64,000 nt of DNA from Methylococcales bacterium (lineage in GTDB: Bacteria; Pseudomonadota; Gammaproteobacteria; Methylococcales; Methylomonadaceae), in NCBI GenBank assembly GCA_026399015.1, contig JAPLRS010000037.1:17506-81505 (forward strand), written 5' to 3'. Positions 1 through 10,169 of this stretch are shown here, piece by piece. A model generated the notes under the pieces. That model saw only the letters and a program-made list of their open reading frames with translations. It was not told where the DNA came from and searched no databases. Numbering within the stretch: the stretch's first letter is position 1; each line of letters begins with the position of its first letter. Position numbers and translations under genes: made by a program.

Positions 1-511
1 CTCCCTGCCAACCATTTAACATTAAATCGGCCATACTTTTTGCAGAGCGATCTTTACGAACCGACCCTTGCTGTTGTCCACGCTCTAATGCAGCCTTTTG
101 TAAATCACTATAACGATCAACAGCGTCTAATAAAGCCTTTTGACACAAAGGACATGTGTCACCGATTTCGCCCATCAAATTGCCCAATAAACAGCCACCT
201 TTAAAACCAGATTCTGCCACATCCACAATCAAACCCATATAGTATGCTCGCAAAGCTGCCAAGCCATCTGCTTCTGGATCTGCCAAATATCCCGATAAAC
301 GCTGAATGAAAGGTTCAATATAGTGCGTAATTGCCTCAGCTGCGAAAGCCTCTTTACTACCAAAATAATTATAAAAAGACCCTTTAGGAACCTGTACCGT
401 ATCTAGAATTTCTTTTAAACCTGTCGCGTGATAGCCTTTTTCCAATAATAGCGTCACGCCCTGATCAAGGAGTCTGTCTTTCTTTAATTGCTTTGACTTT
501 GTTTTCTGCAT
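1..511 (-). CDS. TetR-family regulator, NemR/LmrA-like (3' end runs off the window)
   Basis: Manual translation from ATG at 511: MQKTKSKQLKKDRLLDQGVTLLLEKGYHATGLKEILDTVQVPKGSFYNYFGSKEAF (TetR HTH), later GCLLGNL; not in the ORF track. Confidence 0.9.
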   Translation of the reverse strand, partial: MQKTKSKQLKKDRLLDQGVTLLLEKGYHATGLKEILDTVQVPKGSFYNYFGSKEAFAAEAITHYIEPFIQRLSGYLADPEADGLAALRAYYMGLIVDVAESGFKGGCLLGNLMGEIGDTCPLCQKALLDAVDRYSDLQKAALERGQQQGSVRKDRSAKSMADLMLNGWQG

Positions 512-521
512 GGTGAAATTA

Positions 522-538
522 TGTGACCAGTCGTCTTA
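522..538. promoter_or_regulatory. Probable TetR autoregulatory operator
   Basis: TGTGACCAGTCGTCTTA (GAC-N5-GTC dyad) just upstream of the tetR ATG; resembles the NemR box. Confidence 0.5.
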
Positions 539-639
539 TTTGTAAATAAAAAATTTCCACTTTAACTTTGCTTTTTTTATCTTTCATTATTCTCTTTATA
601 TTAGCCGCCTATAAGGAATGATGACTAATACCAATATTT

Positions 640-1545
640 CTACCCCATTGCTATTGGCTTTAATTCTGAAAAATATTCTGCCATAAAGTCTACGAAAGTC
701 GTTAACTTGGCAGGTAAAAATCGTCTCTGTAGATAAGTTGCATAGATAGTTAAAGGCGGAATTTTAAAATCAGGCAACACTTCAACAAGCTTTCCTTCTT
801 GTAGATAAGTAGCAGCCGAAATTTCGGGCACCTGTGTTACGCCCATTCCTAAGGCAGCGGCCTGACACAATGCCCTACCGTTGTTTGAACAAAAATACCA
901 ATTTGGTTTAATTTTTACTTCTTGATTGTCTTGATTAAATACCCAATAATCATGATGCGGAGTATCTATATAAAGTAAACACCTATGAGAAACCAATTGA
1001 TCAATGTGTTCTGGTTTACCGTATTTCTCAAGATACTCAGGAGAGGCATAAGTGCATAGTTGAGTTTCTGCAATTTTTCTTGCGACCACTCCTAAATCTA
1101 AACTAACCGTAACTAATAAAGACAAGTCGAAACTGCCTTTACTAAGATCAACTCGATTGTTATGTAATGTCATCAAAACTCTAACATCTGGGTATTTACT
1201 TTGATACGCTTCAATTGCATTCACCATATATAGGCCACCAAAATCAATGGGCGCACTTATTTTTAAAGTTCCTTTAACATGTTGTCCTAATTGCGAGGTA
1301 TATTCATCTAATTCTGAAAAGTCATCCATGAGCTGTTTACTACGATGAAAGTAAACTTCACCAGCTTCCGTTAAACTAATTTGACGGGTTGTTCTATTTA
1401 ACAACGCAACACCCAATGACTCCTCTAACTGAGTCATATATTTACTTATCATCATTGCTGATAGATTCATTTCGCGAGCTACCGCAGCAAAAGTACCTAA
1501 TTCCACAATGCGACAAAATACGCGCATATTATTTAATTTATCCAT
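640..1545 (-). CDS. LysR-family regulator (CrgA/DmlR-like)
   Basis: HTH ...LEESLGVALLNRTTRQISLTEAG plus LysR substrate domain. Confidence 0.95.
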   Translation of the reverse strand: MDKLNNMRVFCRIVELGTFAAVAREMNLSAMMISKYMTQLEESLGVALLNRTTRQISLTEAGEVYFHRSKQLMDDFSELDEYTSQLGQHVKGTLKISAPIDFGGLYMVNAIEAYQSKYPDVRVLMTLHNNRVDLSKGSFDLSLLVTVSLDLGVVARKIAETQLCTYASPEYLEKYGKPEHIDQLVSHRCLLYIDTPHHDYWVFNQDNQEVKIKPNWYFCSNNGRALCQAAALGMGVTQVPEISAATYLQEGKLVEVLPDFKIPPLTIYATYLQRRFLPAKLTTFVDFMAEYFSELKPIAMG

Positions 1546-1553
1546 ACGCGCAT

Positions 1554-1572
1554 TATAAACTTAAAGTTTATA
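1554..1572. promoter_or_regulatory. Probable LysR binding site
   Basis: Perfect dyad TATAAAC-TTAAA-GTTTATA between divergent lysR and carbonic anhydrase genes. Confidence 0.6.
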
Positions 1573-1721
1573 TTTTATAAATTTATAGCCCCATTACTCA
1601 CTACAATTTATTAATGTATACTCTGGTACGGAGATAGTTATACGCCGTTTTAATTTGTTATTTTTTAACAGCCAATTAAAACGGTTTTTTATTACCTAAT
1701 AAAAAATAATAAGAGGTACTT

Positions 1722-2303
1722 ATGAGCAAAATTCTAAATGAAGTTTTATCTGCTAACAGAGATTATGTGAATAACTTTGGTGACAAAGGTGAATTAGCCC
1801 TTCCACCAGCTAGACAATTTGCGATTTTAACTTGTATGGACGCTAGATTAGATCCAGCTAAATATGCGGGTCTATCAGAAGGTGATGCCCATGTTATTCG
1901 TAATGCAGGTGGCCGTGCAAGTGACGATGCAATCCGTTCATTAGTTATTTCTTATAAATTATTAGGCACTCGTGAGTGGTTTGTTATTCACCACACTAAT
2001 TGCGGTATGGAATTATTTAACAACGAAATCATGAGTGATTTGTTGGCAAGTAGCTTAAAAACTGCTTCAATTGACGAAAATGGCTGGCACGATTGCTGTG
2101 AGGGACATGGTTCTGCTGAAGGCCGTTATATCAACTGGTTAACCATTAAAGAACAATCCGCAAGCGTTCTAGAAGATGTTTTACGCATTAAAAACCACCC
2201 ATTAGTTCCTTCTGATATCCCAGTTTATGGCTATATCTACGAGTGCACTACAGGCAGATTAATAGAAGTACCAGAAGCTACTGCCGCTGGGAAGGTAAGC
2301 TAA
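1722..2303 (+). CDS. Beta-class carbonic anhydrase, clade D
   Basis: Zn motifs CMDAR and HTNC, plus IRNAGG; SD GAGG. Confidence 0.92.
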   Translation: MSKILNEVLSANRDYVNNFGDKGELALPPARQFAILTCMDARLDPAKYAGLSEGDAHVIRNAGGRASDDAIRSLVISYKLLGTREWFVIHHTNCGMELFNNEIMSDLLASSLKTASIDENGWHDCCEGHGSAEGRYINWLTIKEQSASVLEDVLRIKNHPLVPSDIPVYGYIYECTTGRLIEVPEATAAGKVS

Positions 2304-2333
2304 TAAACTCAGTACAAGGCTAAAACCTAATCA

Positions 2334-2373
2334 CCTTAATGTTGCTTTAACTTAGATAAAAGCAACATTAAGG
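2334..2373. terminator. Hairpin between convergent genes
   Basis: 15-bp inverted repeat CCTTAATGTTGCTTT...AAAGCAACATTAAGG. Confidence 0.7.
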
Positions 2374-2383
2374 CCTTATAATA

Positions 2384-3046
2384 TTAAGTAATAAAATGCT
2401 TAAGCAAATAGACTTTCTCTTCTATATTAGTTAACCCTTGATCTCGAAATTGAGGATAATTATTGATGACATCTTGTTGAAACAAGATATTAATCAGATA
2501 CCTGTCGCCATATAACTCTTCAATTTCAGACTGAGTTACTGAAAATGGTGGTCCAGCCCTGTTAGATTGATCATATTCAAAAGTAACCAATAAAATCTGC
2601 GCCTTATGTGGCAGAATATTTTTTAAATGTTGTGCATATTGTTGACGTAACATCAAGGGCAGTGCTACTAAAGATGCTCGATCAAACACACCTTCAACAG
2701 CATTTAACTGATTACGGGTTAGCTTAAAAAAATCCCCCTGCCATATAGATAATCTCTCTGACTCCCAAAGTGACAAGTTTATCTGCTGACTCAAAATATA
2801 ATCTAAGTTATTTTCATCAAAAAAAGCCTGCACAGCAAGTTGACTAAGTTCTATACCATGTACACTATGACCTTGTTGTTTTAACCATATTAGATCAAGG
2901 CTTTTCCCACATAAAGGTACAAAGACTAAACTATCCGTTGAAATATTTAATTGTTGCCAGAAATTAATAAGATGCTTATTAAACTCTCTTTGATGAAAGC
3001 CAATTTTATTTTGATTCCAACTCTCGATCCAAAACTCAGTATCCAT
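2384..3046 (-). CDS. tpm: Thiopurine S-methyltransferase
   Basis: FW..W..NKIGFHQ, VFVPLCGKSLDL, DRASLVALP, GPPFSV. Confidence 0.95.
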   Translation of the reverse strand: MDTEFWIESWNQNKIGFHQREFNKHLINFWQQLNISTDSLVFVPLCGKSLDLIWLKQQGHSVHGIELSQLAVQAFFDENNLDYILSQQINLSLWESERLSIWQGDFFKLTRNQLNAVEGVFDRASLVALPLMLRQQYAQHLKNILPHKAQILLVTFEYDQSNRAGPPFSVTQSEIEELYGDRYLINILFQQDVINNYPQFRDQGLTNIEEKVYLLKHFIT

Positions 3047-3078
3047 AAAAAACTATTTTGTCAGTAGTAAATTCTAAC

Positions 3079-3092
3079 TTGATTAAAGTCAA
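3079..3092. promoter_or_regulatory. FNR/CRP-family-like box upstream of tpm
   Basis: TTGAT-TAAA-GTCAA, one mismatch to TTGAT-N4-ATCAA. Confidence 0.4.
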
Positions 3093-3130
3093 ACAGGACT
3101 TTAAAGCATAAAAGTGATTTATCATTTATA

Positions 3131-3430
3131 TTACTTTTTCCTATTGAACAATAAAAACATTAACGATAAACCAATAACTATAGCGGGTATGATAAAAAAA
3201 CTAACTTGAGATTCGTCAGTGTTTTCTGTGCCCTTATAGGCAGATTGAGATTTAGATTTAGTTACACCCGTGTTATTAATCGTGAGAGATAAATTGTTTT
3301 CATCTTCTTGATTAACTGAACTAACATTCATAATACTTTGATCATTTTTGATAGTTGCAAATACGTTAGCAACAGACATCGACCCTAATAAAAGAATGAT
3401 TTGTATCATTAAAATTATTTTTTTACACAT
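3131..3430 (-). CDS. Small exported protein with C-terminal membrane anchor
   Basis: Start MCKKII at 3430 after SD GGAG; signal peptide, S/N/T-rich linker, TM helix, NRKK tail. Confidence 0.65.
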   Translation of the reverse strand: MCKKIILMIQIILLLGSMSVANVFATIKNDQSIMNVSSVNQEDENNLSLTINNTGVTKSKSQSAYKGTENTDESQVSFFIIPAIVIGLSLMFLLFNRKK

Positions 3431-3505
3431 ATGTTCTCCAAATAAATTCTCGACATATTTTAAATGAGCTAATACTCTTAAATATAAAGTGAGTAGCAAC
3501 AATCT

Positions 3506-4156
3506 TTAACTAGGCACTTTATCCAAAACAATAAGCCCACCCATCAATATCACTGTCCCTAATATTAAAAAATGCGGACCAAAGAACCACAGAATAATCG
3601 GCAAGCTAAAAAAGAAGGTGCGTGTACCTAAGGAATAATAGCGACCCGCTTTATTTAAATAGGCACAAGTTTGTTTGAACAAATCATGACTCAGCATGGT
3701 TTCTCTAGGCAAGTTAATCATATAACCCACATGATTAAAGAGCCGAATAGCCATAGAAAAATAATAAAACGCAACAGCAAAATCGAGTAGTAACAGGCCT
3801 AATTTTATTTGCCAAATATCTGCTGAAGAAACCTGAAGCGTTGTACTTAAAGGCCATAAAGATGCCCATTGCTGAGCTTTGTCACTTAGATTTAAAGCCC
3901 CCATTATTAATAAAATGGAAGTCGACGCCATAAAGTTTGCCGCCATAACAGAATTACGTAAGGTTTGAACCGCCAATATATTCATATTATCGTTGCCCAT
4001 AACCTTATTAACCCATTCAGCTCGGATTTTGGCATTAAAGGTATGCACACTTCTTTCTGGTTTACGGCGCACTAATCGATTTAAATATAAATAATAGGCC
4101 AGTGTTAAAACATTACTCACTATAAAGGCGATCAAATCATAATTTAGTGTCATCAA
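3506..4156 (-). CDS. DUF599 family membrane protein
   Basis: LAVQTLRNSVMAANFMAST motif; overlaps RND stop. Confidence 0.85.
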   Translation of the reverse strand: MMTLNYDLIAFIVSNVLTLAYYLYLNRLVRRKPERSVHTFNAKIRAEWVNKVMGNDNMNILAVQTLRNSVMAANFMASTSILLIMGALNLSDKAQQWASLWPLSTTLQVSSADIWQIKLGLLLLDFAVAFYYFSMAIRLFNHVGYMINLPRETMLSHDLFKQTCAYLNKAGRYYSLGTRTFFFSLPIILWFFGPHFLILGTVILMGGLIVLDKVPS

Positions 4157-7100
4157 TCTACCGTTTTATCTCTATTTATTAAAAAATAAACCACCGGGAT
4201 AACTAGCAACGAAAATAAAGTCGATGCAAAAATCCCAAAAATAAAGCTCCATGCTAAGCCAGAAAATATAGGGTCTAAGATAATAACAAACGCCCCAAAC
4301 ATGGCGGCACCCGCGGTTAAAAAGATTGGTCTTAGCCTAATAGCCCCAGCTTCTATCAATGCATCTGTTAAAGTAACACCAACTTGTGCACGTAGACGCT
4401 CAATAAAATCGATTAATATAATCGAGTTTCTAACCACAATCCCCGCTAAAGCAATCATTCCTATCATCGCGGTAGCCGTAAAATAAATAGGATTAGGATA
4501 ACCGGCAATCGGCGTAGTCATCAATTGATTTAATATCCAAAAGCCCGGCATGATGCCAATAACAGTTAGGGGTATAGCAATCATCATCACTAAAGGCACC
4601 GTTAAAGAACCCGTTTGACCCACCAATAAAACATAAATCATGACTAGAGCTGCGGCAAAAGCCAAGCCAAGATCACGAAACACATCAACGGTTATTTTCC
4701 ATTCACCTTCACCAGCTAACTCTGCCTTATAACCCTTAGGTAAAGGCCGTTCTGCTAAAACATCATTAAGATCAAATACGGCTTCAACTGGACTGCGTCC
4801 CGCCATACTCGCCACTACGTATGCGACGCGTTGCAAATTTTTATGAAAAATAGGCTGATCCTCAACCACTGTTGATGCTGTACCGATTTCACTTAAAGGG
4901 ATTAATGCGCCCGTATCTGTTCTTACCCGCAAGGCTAGTAAATCAAGCTCTGAAGAGCGTAATTCACGAGGTAACTGCAAATTCACGCCTAAGGCTTGAC
5001 GTTCACTATCTAAATGCACACTACCTACTTGTTTTCCTGCCAGTGCTATCTGCAAGGTGTCTGCTACCTGTGCAACACTTACACCCGAAAAGGCGGCTTT
5101 TTCTCTGTTCAGATTAAATCGTACTTTGTCATGTGCTGCTTCAGAGAAATCATCCACATCCACTACACCTGCGGTTTTTTCCATATCCGCTCTAATGCGT
5201 TTAGAAACCGATATTAAACTGTCTATACTCGCCTCTGGTGGCCCATACACTTCGGCGACCAAATCTGAAAGTACTGGCGGTCCGGGTGGTATTTCTACGA
5301 TCTTTAGATTTGCACCATACTGTTTAGCTATTTTTTCTATCTCAGGTCTAATACGCAAAGCTATTTCATGAGACTGCTGTTCTCGTTGATCTTTGGGTAA
5401 TAAATTAAGACGCACTTCACCCAAATACCCACCGCTACGCAAATAATAATGTCGCACCATGCCATTAAAATCCATCGGTGCAGCTAAACCCGTATATGTC
5501 TGATAGTCAGTCACTTCATTAACAGTTGCCAAGTAAGTGCCTAAAGCACGTGCAACTTGATCAGTATTCTCTAAACTCGCCCCACGCGGCATATCAATCA
5601 TAATCTGCAATTCATTTTTATTATCAAAGGGCAGTAATTTGAGTGGCACAGCGCGAGTGACTGCTAACAAAGTTGAGGCTAGAAATGCAATAAAAACCAC
5701 GAGTAAGAATAATTTAGCACGCCCAGTGGTGGCTAATAAAGGCCCTAAAGCAGAGCGGTATACCTTATAAATAGCACTCTGTTTAAAGTCTTCGGGCGCT
5801 TCATCAACATGCTTATGATACTCAGCTTGCAATAACTTAAAGCTCGCCCAAGGTGTCACTGTAAAGGCCACAATCAAAGACACAATCATTGCAATAGGCA
5901 CATTAAATGCCATAGGCGCCATATACGGTCCCATCATCCCGGTGATAAAAAACATCGGCAAAAAGGACACGATAACGGTAAAAGTCGCCAATATAGTGGG
6001 AGGTCTTACTTCGTCAACCGCTGTTAATAAGGCTTGTAAAGGAGATTCTTTACGCAATTTATAATGTCGATGAATATTCTCCACATCCACAATAGGATCA
6101 TCAACCAATAAACCTAACGATAAAATCAGAGCGAATAATGTGACGCGATTAATACTGTAGCCAGAAATGTAATCCAACAATAAAGTGAGCGCCAACGTCA
6201 TTGGCACTGCGATTGAAACAATAAAAGATTCTTTTAAACCTAAAGAAAAGGCCAATAACACCACAATAATAACGATGGCAAAACTTAAATGCTTCACCAA
6301 TTCGTTGACTTTATGATTAGCCGTTTCACCATAATCACGCGTGATGGTTAGCAACACATCTTCTGGAATTAATGTCCCCCTCAGGCTTTCTGCATTAGTA
6401 ATAACCGCTTTTGCCACATCAACCGCATTACTGCCTTTACGTTTAGCAATGGCAACAGTCACCATTTCGCGCTCTTGCCCAACTTTAGGCTGATCGCCAG
6501 TCGCATTACCCACTGTTGGCATTTCTGAAACTGCGGGCCCAAAACCAATCCGCGTATAATGACTTACATCAGCAGGCCCCTCTTCAATCCGCGCAACATC
6601 TCTTAAATAAATAGGCCATCCAGCAATATTCTTTAGCACTAATGCGCTAACCTCAGCTGGCGAACTAAAATGTGGACCAACTTCTAACGCAATTTCATGA
6701 TTATTTCGTTCAAAACTACCTGCCTGAACATTAACATTAGCAATAGCAAGTGCCTGAGTGATGTCCATTAAGGTCAGATTATAAGCCGCTAAACTGACTG
6801 GGTTAGCATAGATAGATACTTGACGTTGCTCACCACCCACGACCCAACTCTTCCCAACATCGGCAACTGTTCTTAAAGAAACAATTAATTCATCCGCAAT
6901 ACGTCGTAAAGCCATCGCATCATAATGCGAGCTTTGTGGCGACAATGACAACAAAACGATCGGCACATTATCTATTTCTACGGGCGCTACTTTCCAATGC
7001 GTGACACCCGCAGGAATAAGATGTTGATTAGACATCAACCTATCCCAGGTTTTAACTAAACTATCTTCAAACGACTGACCCACCAAGTAACGCACAGTCA

Positions 7101-7410
7101 CAACAGCCGCACCAGGTTTGGAGATGGAGTAAACATATTCCACCCCTTCAATTTGTTTGAGTAAAACTTCTAAGGGAGTAGAGACTAATTTCTCGACTTC
7201 TTCGCTAGAGGCCCCTGGATATTCAATCAACACATCCATCACAGGCACTACAATCTGTGGATCTTCTTCTCGTGAAGTTAACGCTAACGCGGCAGCGCCG
7301 GCTAATAAAGATATGATTAAAAATAAAATAGATAACTGAGAAGTTGTAAAGATTTCAACAATCTTTGTGGTCAAACCACGATGTGGCTTGGAGTTTTGCT
7401 GATCAGCCAT
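4153..7410 (-). CDS. RND efflux permease (AcrB/AcrD/AcrF superfamily)
   Basis: 1085 aa; REEDPQI, GLLVDDPIVDVENI, RLRPIFLT. Confidence 0.95.
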   Translation of the reverse strand: MADQQNSKPHRGLTTKIVEIFTTSQLSILFLIISLLAGAAALALTSREEDPQIVVPVMDVLIEYPGASSEEVEKLVSTPLEVLLKQIEGVEYVYSISKPGAAVVTVRYLVGQSFEDSLVKTWDRLMSNQHLIPAGVTHWKVAPVEIDNVPIVLLSLSPQSSHYDAMALRRIADELIVSLRTVADVGKSWVVGGEQRQVSIYANPVSLAAYNLTLMDITQALAIANVNVQAGSFERNNHEIALEVGPHFSSPAEVSALVLKNIAGWPIYLRDVARIEEGPADVSHYTRIGFGPAVSEMPTVGNATGDQPKVGQEREMVTVAIAKRKGSNAVDVAKAVITNAESLRGTLIPEDVLLTITRDYGETANHKVNELVKHLSFAIVIIVVLLAFSLGLKESFIVSIAVPMTLALTLLLDYISGYSINRVTLFALILSLGLLVDDPIVDVENIHRHYKLRKESPLQALLTAVDEVRPPTILATFTVIVSFLPMFFITGMMGPYMAPMAFNVPIAMIVSLIVAFTVTPWASFKLLQAEYHKHVDEAPEDFKQSAIYKVYRSALGPLLATTGRAKLFLLVVFIAFLASTLLAVTRAVPLKLLPFDNKNELQIMIDMPRGASLENTDQVARALGTYLATVNEVTDYQTYTGLAAPMDFNGMVRHYYLRSGGYLGEVRLNLLPKDQREQQSHEIALRIRPEIEKIAKQYGANLKIVEIPPGPPVLSDLVAEVYGPPEASIDSLISVSKRIRADMEKTAGVVDVDDFSEAAHDKVRFNLNREKAAFSGVSVAQVADTLQIALAGKQVGSVHLDSERQALGVNLQLPRELRSSELDLLALRVRTDTGALIPLSEIGTASTVVEDQPIFHKNLQRVAYVVASMAGRSPVEAVFDLNDVLAERPLPKGYKAELAGEGEWKITVDVFRDLGLAFAAALVMIYVLLVGQTGSLTVPLVMMIAIPLTVIGIMPGFWILNQLMTTPIAGYPNPIYFTATAMIGMIALAGIVVRNSIILIDFIERLRAQVGVTLTDALIEAGAIRLRPIFLTAGAAMFGAFVIILDPIFSGLAWSFIFGIFASTLFSLLVIPVVYFLINRDKTVD

Positions 7411-8495
7411 TATTGTGCCTGCTGTGGATTACTAATAACGACTTCGTCTGCAACTAAACCAGAAATCACTTCAATCTGGTCACCAAAAACTTTAGCCGTT
7501 CTAATATGACGCATAACCTGATGCCCTTTAGCCAATACGCTAACAACTTCTAATTGACCAATATGTTGTACAGCACTGAGTGGAATTAATAAGGCTTCGT
7601 GTTGCGCACAGCCTTGTTCTAACCAGCCAAAATAACCGGCTTGCAAGCCTGTCATAGTCGGTAAAGTTACCTTAATTAATTGTGTTCTAGTTTGTGCATC
7701 TACGTCAGGACTAATTTCATCAATTTGGGCGGTAACCTTTTGACCTAAAGTATCAATACGCACTTGTGCAGGCATACCAAGCGTGAATTGACTAGCACAA
7801 CTGGTCGGCACATCAGCCTCTAATCTTAAGCCCTGCGGTGCTTGTAAAGAAATAACAGGGACGCCTGGCAATCCCATATCACCGGGTTCTTTAAAACGTT
7901 TAAGCACGACCGCATCAAATGGCGCTCGCAATACAGTATCCGCATGCAACGATTTAGCTTCTGTCAACACACTAGTTGCTTGATTAACTTTGGCTTGCGC
8001 TAATTTATCTTGTGCCACACTAGTATCAAGATGCTCTTTGGTTGCAGCTTCTTTACTATATAAACTCTGAATACGTTCTGCATCCGCCTTAGCGCGATTA
8101 CCCTCTGCAGTAGCGCCTGCTAAAGCGGCTAAAGCCGCTTGTTCTTGAGCGACAATATCTCTTTCATCTAAACGTACGAGTACATCCCCCTGTTTCACTT
8201 TATCACTGGCATGCACTTTAATTTCGAGAATACGAGCCGTCATTTTAGGGGCGATATTAGCCACCGTTCTGGACTTTACTGTGCCAGGCCAACTCATAAC
8301 ATCAGCCACCTGCTTTTTCTCTACCGTGCTTGTTTGCAATGCTAAAAGGTTTGAATCAGCGGGAGATTCAATTATACCGGGCGCTACCTTACTAACAAAA
8401 CTACCTTGCATGTAGAGTAGTAACAAAATTAATGCTAAAACAGCCCCCGCAATGGCCAGTAATTTATTCATGTTTTTGGGTTCGGTTTGTGTCAT
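7410..8495 (-). CDS. RND membrane fusion protein
   Basis: N-terminal TM, lipoyl-like VKQGDVLVRLD, LRAPFD; likely start MTQTEP at 8495. Confidence 0.92.
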   Translation of the reverse strand: MTQTEPKNMNKLLAIAGAVLALILLLLYMQGSFVSKVAPGIIESPADSNLLALQTSTVEKKQVADVMSWPGTVKSRTVANIAPKMTARILEIKVHASDKVKQGDVLVRLDERDIVAQEQAALAALAGATAEGNRAKADAERIQSLYSKEAATKEHLDTSVAQDKLAQAKVNQATSVLTEAKSLHADTVLRAPFDAVVLKRFKEPGDMGLPGVPVISLQAPQGLRLEADVPTSCASQFTLGMPAQVRIDTLGQKVTAQIDEISPDVDAQTRTQLIKVTLPTMTGLQAGYFGWLEQGCAQHEALLIPLSAVQHIGQLEVVSVLAKGHQVMRHIRTAKVFGDQIEVISGLVADEVVISNPQQAQ

Positions 8496-8505
8496 GTGCG
8501 TTCCT

Positions 8506-9870
8506 TTATTTCCAAGCACCAATGGCTTTCTTTAATGCGGCTTCTGCGCTCAAGGCATCATAATGCGCGGCAATTGAATTTGATTGTGCAGTATTTCGAG
8601 CCACTTCGGCTTCTATATAACGAGTCACCGTAACGACCTCAGCTAGTCTTTCTTCTTTAACGAGCCTTAAAGCCTCATCTGCCGACTGCACCGATAAATC
8701 TGTTACATGAACACGAGCTAAACTTTCTTGGAGCTTCAAGTAAGCCATTTTAACTTCCTGCTCAACAGCCAATTTAGTTTTACGCTCTGTCTCAAGAGTT
8801 TCTGTCGCTTTTAATTCAGCCGTTCTGAGCTGTTGCTGAGTACTAAATCCAGAAAAAATATCCATTTCAATAGCAACGCCTGCCGTTACATTTTCTTTAC
8901 TACTCGAGAAACCGGGCGTCTGACTATTTTGCCCATAACTGACATAAGCATCAGCCTTGGGCAAGTAGGCGCCCTGTGCACTTTTTACTTTATATTGTGC
9001 AATTTCAACCTGCTTTGCAGCGGCTTTTACCTCAGGCCTCTGACCCATAGCTTGCTCTAGTAATTCATTAAATGAGGGTGTGAATTTAGGGGAGGTAAAA
9101 ATAGACGAGGAAGAAAGATTAAAAACCGACTGACTGGGTAAACCTAATAAATTAACCAGATTAACTTTTGCCATTTCAATACCATTAGCCGCCCTAATTT
9201 GGCTTTCTTGTGCTTCAGCTAATTTAACCTCTAAGGACAATACATCAGATTTGAGTACTGTGCCTGCGGCATGTTTTAACTGTGTTTGTTTTAACTCACT
9301 GTTAATAGCGACAATCGCGTTCTGTGCGTTTTTTTGAGCTTCATTCGCTGCAAGATGTGCGTAATACGTTGCTGTAACCGCTTGAATTAATGAATTATGT
9401 ATAGATGATCTTTCAAACTCTGCCTGTTCTATACCTAACGCTGCTGCTTTACTATTTTGGTAATCTTGTCCCCCTCGAAAAAGAGATACTTTTCCTATTA
9501 TTTCAGGACGAAAGTTTTGTCTGTAACCAGGATCGTTAATATTGGCGATTGAATTAGCATTAAAGTCTCTTTGTGCAACAATCATGGAGAAAACTTGTGC
9601 AGGGTTATTAGACGTTTCATACCCCACTTTTGCAGAAACCTGTGGATAAAATGCTGATAATGCAGCGCCCAATTGCGCATCTGCTTGCTCTATACGCTGT
9701 ATGGCTATTTGTAAGTCTGGATTATTAGCGATGGCATAATCAATGGCTTGATCCAAAGTAAAGGACTGACTCGCTGACTTATCAACTGAATCAGACGCCA
9801 TGACAGAAGTCGTTAATAAACACATCACTAAAAAACTGTTAAACCCACACAGTTTGTTTTTTTTAAACAT
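8506..9870 (-). CDS. TolC-family outer membrane protein
   Basis: TLDQAIDYAIANNPDL, two OEP repeats; likely start MFKKNK at 9870. Confidence 0.92.
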   Translation of the reverse strand: MFKKNKLCGFNSFLVMCLLTTSVMASDSVDKSASQSFTLDQAIDYAIANNPDLQIAIQRIEQADAQLGAALSAFYPQVSAKVGYETSNNPAQVFSMIVAQRDFNANSIANINDPGYRQNFRPEIIGKVSLFRGGQDYQNSKAAALGIEQAEFERSSIHNSLIQAVTATYYAHLAANEAQKNAQNAIVAINSELKQTQLKHAAGTVLKSDVLSLEVKLAEAQESQIRAANGIEMAKVNLVNLLGLPSQSVFNLSSSSIFTSPKFTPSFNELLEQAMGQRPEVKAAAKQVEIAQYKVKSAQGAYLPKADAYVSYGQNSQTPGFSSSKENVTAGVAIEMDIFSGFSTQQQLRTAELKATETLETERKTKLAVEQEVKMAYLKLQESLARVHVTDLSVQSADEALRLVKEERLAEVVTVTRYIEAEVARNTAQSNSIAAHYDALSAEAALKKAIGAWK

Positions 9871-9967
9871 GATTTTCCCGTAAAGTCTTAAGCTTTTATA
9901 AAGACTAATGTTCCCCATCCACTCTAGTTAAGTGAGGCGCATTAGTCTTTAAAATTAATTTATATAA

Positions 9968-10168
9968 TCAGAATGCACAACCGGATTTAATGCCTAACTT
10001 TTTAAGTATGATTGCCATAGGGCAAAAACCAGTCAATGCCGATTGAAATAAATTAGCGCCAACAAATGCTGTAAACCATAGCCACATTTCTGAATGATAA
10101 TGTGCCAACAACAAACTGACTAAGATAAAACTACCCGCGACAGCAAATACAATTCTATCTACATTCAT
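9968..10168 (-). CDS. DUF2892 (YgaP-like membrane) protein
   Basis: [20 protein letters not shown] motif. Confidence 0.88.
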   Translation of the reverse strand: MNVDRIVFAVAGSFILVSLLLAHYHSEMWLWFTAFVGANLFQSALTGFCPMAIILKKLGIKSGCAF

Positions 10169-10169
10169 A

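Noticed and set aside
1628-1650. Fluoride riboswitch in the carbonic anhydrase leader (GGAGAT...)
   Set aside because: Lacks the GATGG core and the downstream pseudoknot partner.
1722-2303. CS2 hydrolase assignment
   Set aside because: The characteristic FF tunnel motif is replaced by LL; only clade-D membership is supported.
4301-9060. Plus-strand ORFs inside the RND and TolC genes (and similar ones inside sqr, cyd, dat, dacA, mltB, mreBC, gatB, amtB, glnA, hemA, prmC, ilvI)
   Set aside because: Antisense or alternate-frame shadows of well-supported genes with no recognisable motifs.
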